Origin: an uncultured Chlamydiales bacterium | Lineage (GTDB): Bacteria > Chlamydiota > Chlamydiia > Chlamydiales > Rhabdochlamydiaceae | NCBI GenBank assembly: GCA_963700985.1 | Contig: OY969554.1 | Location: 96,001-160,000 of the forward strand | Length of the DNA stretch: 64,000 nucleotides | Reading direction: 5' to 3' | In this document: one piece after another, positions 58,417-64,000 of the stretch | How the letters are laid out: the number at the start of each line of letters is the position of its first letter | How positions within the stretch are numbered: the first letter of the stretch is position 1 | Translations under genes and position numbers: made by a program | Notes under the pieces: generated by a model | What the model was told of the DNA's origin: nothing | What the model saw: the letters and a program-made list of their open reading frames with translations, nothing else | Database searches by the model: none

Positions 58417-58451
58417 AAATTCTCCTGGTTCTTCTTATACGCATCAATATA

Positions 58452-58465
58452 ATACGTATACGTAT
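58452..58465. promoter_or_regulatory. Perfect palindrome ATACGTATACGTAT, probable MarR operator
   Basis: 14-bp palindrome about 36 bp upstream of the first gene of the VOC-EVE-MarR operon. Confidence 0.6.
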
Positions 58466-58503
58466 ATAAAAGCAAGCAAGGAATGAAGAGAGTTCTTTTG
58501 AAC

Positions 58504-59526
58504 TTATCCGGCTTTGCGAATTTTATTAGGATTTCCGCCTAGAGCCCTCTTAAGGCCGACGACTTCGCGAATCCCAATGTTTTTCTGAGAGAACAGGATG
58601 TAAGTAGGATGTTCTTGAGGATTGTATTTTCCCCAAAATGCACTCAATCCATCGAGCCTTGCCACGATTCTTGCAATTCTAAATCCGATATGCGCAATCC
58701 ACTTGGATAATCCGTTTAGGCCGATCATTACGCCGAGTTTTTTAGGCGTTACAATCCCCAAACTGACATAGCGACAGCCTTCATTATTTACTGTCTTGAG
58801 TGCCGTGGTAACGAGTAGTTCCGAGGTTCCGTGCGGAGCATTGGGGATCATCATCAGGTGATTTAGATGCCAGCCCTGATGCTTTTGCAGCTCATTTAGA
58901 CAGACGACTCCAACAATCTTTTCATCTTGTTTTGCATAGAACCAGCGCTTGCCCTCCACGTCCTCGAACAAGTGAATATTGGAAATATGCATCTGTGTGC
59001 CGCGTCTTGCGCTTAGCCACTTATCTCCCACGTCTATCATTGCTTGCCTTAAGCTGGGTTCATGTGAGAGATATTCTTGCACAAGCACCTTATCGCGAAT
59101 TGCAGAGCGCACTTTTCTGCGCACTAAACTCCCATGTTTGCCGCTCTCTTTCATGGGATCATGCGTCGGATCTAAAACCAGCGCTTTTCCGAATTCGACC
59201 AGCGTACTGCAGCCATTTTCAATTGCCCAATAGGCAAAGTCCTTACAAACAGAGATATAAATTACATTTTTGCCTTGCTCTTCGATGAAACGATGAAAAG
59301 CTTGAGTTAGAAGGGGGCGATCTGCTTCTGCACAGGTTGGTTCACCAAAGACGATGGCTGAATTAGACTCTAATCGATAGGCGATGAACCCATCGATATT
59401 GGGTAAAAAAAACATTTGCATAGCCGGATCTAAAATTGCATCCGTAGTAGCCCCGGCCCAGCGCCGTACGAGTTTTACTATGCGCAGCCTTTCTTCTTGA
59501 TTAACAGCCTTTTGAGTTTGTTCCAT
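58504..59526 (-). CDS. Stand-alone MprF C-terminal-like (DUF2156) aminoacyl-phosphatidylglycerol synthase domain
   Basis: FIAYR...IVFGEP, APHGTSELL, YVSLG and GL..F..KY.P...PTY; no flippase TM domain. Confidence 0.75.
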   Translation of the reverse strand: MEQTQKAVNQEERLRIVKLVRRWAGATTDAILDPAMQMFFLPNIDGFIAYRLESNSAIVFGEPTCAEADRPLLTQAFHRFIEEQGKNVIYISVCKDFAYWAIENGCSTLVEFGKALVLDPTHDPMKESGKHGSLVRRKVRSAIRDKVLVQEYLSHEPSLRQAMIDVGDKWLSARRGTQMHISNIHLFEDVEGKRWFYAKQDEKIVGVVCLNELQKHQGWHLNHLMMIPNAPHGTSELLVTTALKTVNNEGCRYVSLGIVTPKKLGVMIGLNGLSKWIAHIGFRIARIVARLDGLSAFWGKYNPQEHPTYILFSQKNIGIREVVGLKRALGGNPNKIRKAG

Positions 59527-59636
59527 AAATGACCCCCTTCGATCTTTCTATATTAGAATTCCAGTTATTAATTAAAGAATTTTTTAATAATATTGGATTG
59601 GTTTTTAGTATGAAAGTGGTATATAATAGTTGCATT

Positions 59637-61592
59637 ATGAGCTCATTTATTCACAGATTGGGAAGACAAAGCTATTGCAACGTTTTAAGTTTTTGCGATG
59701 CCGTAGATTTATGCGCACTTACGAAAACTTCGCATTTTGGGAAGTGGAGCGGGGGAATCCTGAAAGCTCAGTGCGTGCTCGCTCAAATAGGCAAGAAGTT
59801 CGCCGCTCTTCTTAATGATGAAACGCATACACTTTTAAAGCAGCATGGTATTTTCAACCCCTTATACCCATCAGACTTTTTTTTGCGCGTAGAACACATA
59901 AGAGCGGTCTGTCTTGAGCTCACGCAAGACCACTTAAGCGATTATGAGAAACAGCTTATTCTACTACACACCCTTAAAATGACTTCACGGCATCCAAATC
60001 CAGAATGCACGCCTTTACATCCTTCCTTAGTAAATGTGCAGAAAAAATTTGAGGGCGCCAACATAGTGCGTATTAAGCCAGTCATTAAGATCGCTGTGCT
60101 TAGAGAGGGGAGTGAACGAATAGCTAAAATCATGGCTCTTCCAGAGCTGCGCACAGGCAAACTTGCCAATATGAGGAAATACAAACCAAGACATCTAAAT
60201 GCAAACTGTGCAGCTTATGAAATGATGCACGCTTTAGGTAGCTCCAGCGTGGCTCCCACCCAGCGTCTGCCAAGCGGTTTGGTGGTGCAGCATTATATTC
60301 ATGATTCGCACACACTCTGCGATGCAATTACATATGATGTGCGCGCAGTTAAACAACTAACGAGTATTAGCGTTATTGAAATAGCTTTACATGCGATTCT
60401 AGGCCTTCTTCGTGGACGCGAAGACGGCCATGATGAGAATATTATTCTCTTTCAAGATAAGCAGAAGAAATACCATCTTTGCGAAGTTGATCAAGAAAAA
60501 GATTTTATTAAGCAAAACATGATCGTCCGTCGCACTGCCGATGAACTGGAAGGTCAATGGGAGCATTTGTTGGGACTCCCACAAGCAGCTTTTCCGCTTC
60601 CTCAATCTGTCCTGAAACTCTTTTGCTGGTCTGGATTGAAAGACAAGTGTGTCACCATTTTTAAGAAGTATGATCTTGGCAATCCCTCTGCTCTCATTGA
60701 AAGATGTGATAAAATTCAAGCGCTTTGCCGCGCTGCCACGGCAGAAAAAACACGCCAGATAACTCCGCGGCAGTTTTATTTCGCTCTATATGGAAGAGAC
60801 TTTCTGTTCGAGAAGTGTGTTAAACTCGGCATGCCCCCTTATCTCTTTTTTTCGAAGGCTGTTCAATGGGCAGATTCTTTAGAGCCGAATTTTGAGCTTG
60901 AAGACTCGAATGAGAATATGCTTGCTTTAGCCGCTTTAGAGCCAGCTGCCAGCTTCCCTTTCTCGATGCTGACAAAATCAAAAGAAGAAAGCCTACCTGG
61001 CGAAAAGCTGACCTCAAGACTCAGCGAAAAGATTTGGGAACAGGACATAGTTAAGTGTTTTGAGATTCCTGAGGGCGCCTTTAATCTAGCCCGTTATAAC
61101 CTGCATCTTGAAAACCACCCTAATGTCACGTGCGCCATGCGCTCATTTCTTCTCTCGGATTGTCTAGAAGGTTTTGCCAAACGCATGGCCAGACAATTCA
61201 GCATAAACTTCCCGATCTGCCCTTTAGAAGTTGTAAGAGATAATAATAAATGCCAGTGGCTTGTCATGCATTCGCATCCTATCTTGAGGAATTTTGCAGA
61301 AGCATTAATAGAGGATGGCGGTCAGTCGAATATCCAAATCATGGAGCTTCCGTTTCAAGATTTTTCCCATCTCAAATGGCTGAAATTTCAGGCAAGTGGT
61401 CCTAAAGAACAAAATCCGCAAGATGTGTTGGATTTTGTCTCTGGCACTACAAAAACAGTCGTAGATTGGCTTGCGGAAACTTGGGAAATGGATGGATCTA
61501 TCTACATTGAAAAACGTGGCGTGCATTTTTTCCTCATGTTCAAGGTTTTTAGCAAAAGCGTGCGCTTTGAAGAAGATTCTGACCCTGCTTAA
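59637..61592 (+). CDS. F-box-like plus PI3/4-kinase-like hypothetical protein
   Basis: VLSFCDAVDLCALTKTS, IAKI, AAYE..HALG...VAPT, VVQHY, DGHDEN and EVDQE. Paralog of 30327..32276. Start set at MSSF by analogy. Confidence 0.6.
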   Translation: MSSFIHRLGRQSYCNVLSFCDAVDLCALTKTSHFGKWSGGILKAQCVLAQIGKKFAALLNDETHTLLKQHGIFNPLYPSDFFLRVEHIRAVCLELTQDHLSDYEKQLILLHTLKMTSRHPNPECTPLHPSLVNVQKKFEGANIVRIKPVIKIAVLREGSERIAKIMALPELRTGKLANMRKYKPRHLNANCAAYEMMHALGSSSVAPTQRLPSGLVVQHYIHDSHTLCDAITYDVRAVKQLTSISVIEIALHAILGLLRGREDGHDENIILFQDKQKKYHLCEVDQEKDFIKQNMIVRRTADELEGQWEHLLGLPQAAFPLPQSVLKLFCWSGLKDKCVTIFKKYDLGNPSALIERCDKIQALCRAATAEKTRQITPRQFYFALYGRDFLFEKCVKLGMPPYLFFSKAVQWADSLEPNFELEDSNENMLALAALEPAASFPFSMLTKSKEESLPGEKLTSRLSEKIWEQDIVKCFEIPEGAFNLARYNLHLENHPNVTCAMRSFLLSDCLEGFAKRMARQFSINFPICPLEVVRDNNKCQWLVMHSHPILRNFAEALIEDGGQSNIQIMELPFQDFSHLKWLKFQASGPKEQNPQDVLDFVSGTTKTVVDWLAETWEMDGSIYIEKRGVHFFLMFKVFSKSVRFEEDSDPA

Positions 61593-61723
61593 TTAACTTA
61601 AAAAAGAAAGCTGCTCGAGATTAGGCTCTTTGTTTCATATTGTTCATCCTCTTAAGCTATGTTTTCTGTTGACGGCGCAAATTCGAAAAACATATAGGCA
61701 AAGAAACAGATCGAGGTAGAAAT

Positions 61724-62668
61724 ATGAAAACTAAACAAGACATGAATTTTTCGAGTTATCCACAAACGCTTTATCACACCAAAAGCATCGATGGAATGGA
61801 CATTTTTTATCGAGAGGCGGGAGAAAAAGATAAGCCTGTAATTCTTCTGCTTCACGGCTTTCCCAGCTCATCTCACATGTTTCGCAATCTTATCCCTAAG
61901 CTCGCCAAAAACTATCACGTTATCGCCCCCGATTATCCTGGCTTTGGACATAGCGCGAATCCAAATCATAAGAAATACGCATACACCTTTGATAATTTTG
62001 CCAATCTCATAGACAAGCTACTGGTTAGCCTTGGAATAGATAAATATGCCATCTATGTGTTTGATTACGGTGCCCCTGTGGGTTTTAGGCTTTTCATTAA
62101 ACATCCAAAACAGATTACAGCGATCATTTCACAAAATGGGAATGCTTACGAAGAAGGATTAGGTAAATTTTGGGATGGTCTGAAATCTTATTGGAAAACA
62201 GCTGCAAATAAAGAACGTGAGGCAATCCGCTGGCTTACCAGCATGAAGGCGACACGTTGGCAGTATGAAAACGGTGTGCGTCCAGCAGACTTGGCAAAGG
62301 TAAGTCCAGATGGCTGGCAACATGATCAAAGCTTGATGGACAGGCCAGATAATAGCGATGTTCAGTTGGATATTTTCTACGATTATCGAAATAACCTGCC
62401 GCTCTATCCTAAATGGCAAGAGGCTTTGCGTAAGTATAAGCCTCCGCTATTAGCTATGTGGGGAAAAAACGATGAAATCTTTATTGCCCCTGGCGCCGAA
62501 GCTTTTCGAAGAGATCTGCCTGATGCAGAAATTCACCTGCTTGATACAGGGCATTTTGCTCTAGAAACCCATGGAAATGAAATCGCCACGCTTATTATCG
62601 ATTTTTTGAATCGTAAAGTTTTAAGTAGCACTTCAAAAGAGACAAAGGGCAAACGAAAAGCCGCCTAA
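61724..62668 (+). CDS. Alpha/beta hydrolase (epoxide hydrolase-like, Asp nucleophile)
   Basis: LLHGFP, APDYPGFG, VFDYGAP, QNGNAY, WGKND and GHFALE. Confidence 0.92.
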   Translation: MKTKQDMNFSSYPQTLYHTKSIDGMDIFYREAGEKDKPVILLLHGFPSSSHMFRNLIPKLAKNYHVIAPDYPGFGHSANPNHKKYAYTFDNFANLIDKLLVSLGIDKYAIYVFDYGAPVGFRLFIKHPKQITAIISQNGNAYEEGLGKFWDGLKSYWKTAANKEREAIRWLTSMKATRWQYENGVRPADLAKVSPDGWQHDQSLMDRPDNSDVQLDIFYDYRNNLPLYPKWQEALRKYKPPLLAMWGKNDEIFIAPGAEAFRRDLPDAEIHLLDTGHFALETHGNEIATLIIDFLNRKVLSSTSKETKGKRKAA

Positions 62669-62739
62669 TTTATATGCAAAAGTCATCTTGACCCTTAAAA
62701 ACTCCTCGGGTAGCTTTTTCGCCTATCCGAGAAGGATTT

Positions 62740-63423
62740 ATGTCTTTAGCTGTTAAATCTGTTTCAAGCGCGCATATCTATTCGGGAAATGCAGAGGTCA
62801 AATTTTTCCCAAACGATGAGAAAGGGCTATCAGTCACGATTGATACAAAGCGACTGCACATCAGATCTATTTTTCCTTCCGAAGAGGAATACGAGCGGCT
62901 ATCTGCTTTATATGGTGATCCAATAGTCATGCAGAAACTTTTAAATGGAGAGACAAGGACGAAAGAGCAGGTATGTAAGCGTACTAATGATGTCTGGAAC
63001 GCTCGTTGGCGAGCAAATGATCCCTATTCTAATTTGCTGGTTTTTGAAAAAGCCACGGGTGCTTTTTTAGGGCTAGTAAGTTTAAGTCATGGAGACTTAC
63101 CAGGCGAGGCAGAGATTAGCTATCTCTTTCATCTTGCATATTGGGGGAGGGGGTTTGGAACCGAGGCTGTCAATGCTGTGTTAAAAGAATATGCTCCAGC
63201 TACCGTTAAAGAAGGGTATACTTTAGAAGGCAAACCCTTAGAAAGAATCGTAGCAACAGCGAGAATAGATAACGAACGATCATTTCAAATTTTAGACAGA
63301 CTCGGAATGCAAATCGTTGATATCAATGAAAAGTACAATGCTCTCAGATATCAATATTCTATCGATCTAAGCGATATGCAAAATCCCAAGCGCAGAAATG
63401 AGAATTGGATGACAATTCTCTAA
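62740..63423 (+). CDS. RimJ/RimL-type GNAT acetyltransferase
   Basis: IDTKRL.IR, EISY....YWGRGFGTEA and DNERS..ILDRLGM. Confidence 0.9.
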   Translation: MSLAVKSVSSAHIYSGNAEVKFFPNDEKGLSVTIDTKRLHIRSIFPSEEEYERLSALYGDPIVMQKLLNGETRTKEQVCKRTNDVWNARWRANDPYSNLLVFEKATGAFLGLVSLSHGDLPGEAEISYLFHLAYWGRGFGTEAVNAVLKEYAPATVKEGYTLEGKPLERIVATARIDNERSFQILDRLGMQIVDINEKYNALRYQYSIDLSDMQNPKRRNENWMTIL

Positions 63424-63471
63424 AGGTCAGCCTATTTATCGCTGCCAATCTAGAGGAAACAGGAGTTTAGA

Positions 63472-63897
63472 ATGCTTGTTAGCTATCAAAATCATGAAGA
63501 AGAAATAGAAGCCATCACCAAGGGTCTATCAGAATTCAATGCTCCCTTTTTTGGTTATAAAAAGTATATCGACTTTGTAGTCAGTTTTAAGGATGAAGAT
63601 CAAAAAGTTTTGGGCGGAGTAGTGGCTTGGATGCGGCCTGGAATCCACTTGCTATGCATAGATACGATCTGGGTGACTGAACATCTAAGAAAGCAGGGCT
63701 ACGGCAAAAAGCTGATGCAGACTGCAGAAGCAGAGGGCATCAAACACGGCTGCACCCATTCTCAATTAGAAACACTCTCATACCAAGCGAGAGGTTTTTA
63801 TGAAAAACTTGGTTATGTCCAAATTGGATTCGTTGAAAAACTCTATGGTCCGCACGACGCTTTCTATATGCGTAAAAGCCTAAAAGTTTTTTCTTAA
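63472..63897 (+). CDS. GNAT N-acetyltransferase
   Basis: IDTIWV.EHLRKQGYGKKLM and QARGFYEKLGY; AGGAG SD. Confidence 0.92.
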   Translation: MLVSYQNHEEEIEAITKGLSEFNAPFFGYKKYIDFVVSFKDEDQKVLGGVVAWMRPGIHLLCIDTIWVTEHLRKQGYGKKLMQTAEAEGIKHGCTHSQLETLSYQARGFYEKLGYVQIGFVEKLYGPHDAFYMRKSLKVFS

Positions 63898-63902
63898 GAA
63901 TC

Positions 63903-64000
63903 TTAGAAGGTTCCTTCTTCTTTGCGTTTTTTAGCTTCTTCTGGGCTAAGAGCTTCTTCTTGTTCGTAGTATTGATAATCTTCTGTATCGCCCCTTTGAT
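63903..64000 (-). CDS. Probable 3' end of a gene entering from outside the window
   Basis: Open frame reading ...QRGDTEDYQYYEQEEALSPEEAKKRKEEGTF*, ending convergent with the GNAT gene. Confidence 0.4.
   Translation of the reverse strand, partial: QRGDTEDYQYYEQEEALSPEEAKKRKEEGTF

Overview
Bacterial chromosomal window of moderate-to-low GC. The gene content (TyrP-family permease, BioY plus BPL_N, cyoABCDE, and F-box, ankyrin and TPR eukaryote-like proteins) suggests an environmental, host-associated Chlamydiae genome; this assignment is inference. The standout is a compact RiPP-type locus at 6510-8858. It encodes a secreted, possibly lipidated 92-aa precursor with Cys on a 6-residue register, a DUF692/MNIO iron enzyme, a DUF2063-like partner and a convergent DoxX. 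Other notable items are two paralogous F-box-like plus PI3/4-kinase-like candidate effectors, two F-box/LRR-like paralogs, a 1494-aa ankyrin protein and a eukaryote-like TPR/HAT protein. The window also holds a Gram-positive/archaeal-type dnaK-dnaJ pair with an SD-occluding hairpin, two MITE-like elements (one rewrote a gene's C-terminus), a GC-rich SDR/TetR insert, a GNAT gene broken by one in-frame TGA, and a heavily frameshifted ATPase pseudogene. I recognised no rRNA, tRNA or CRISPR array. All family assignments come from motif recognition by eye, with no database searches.
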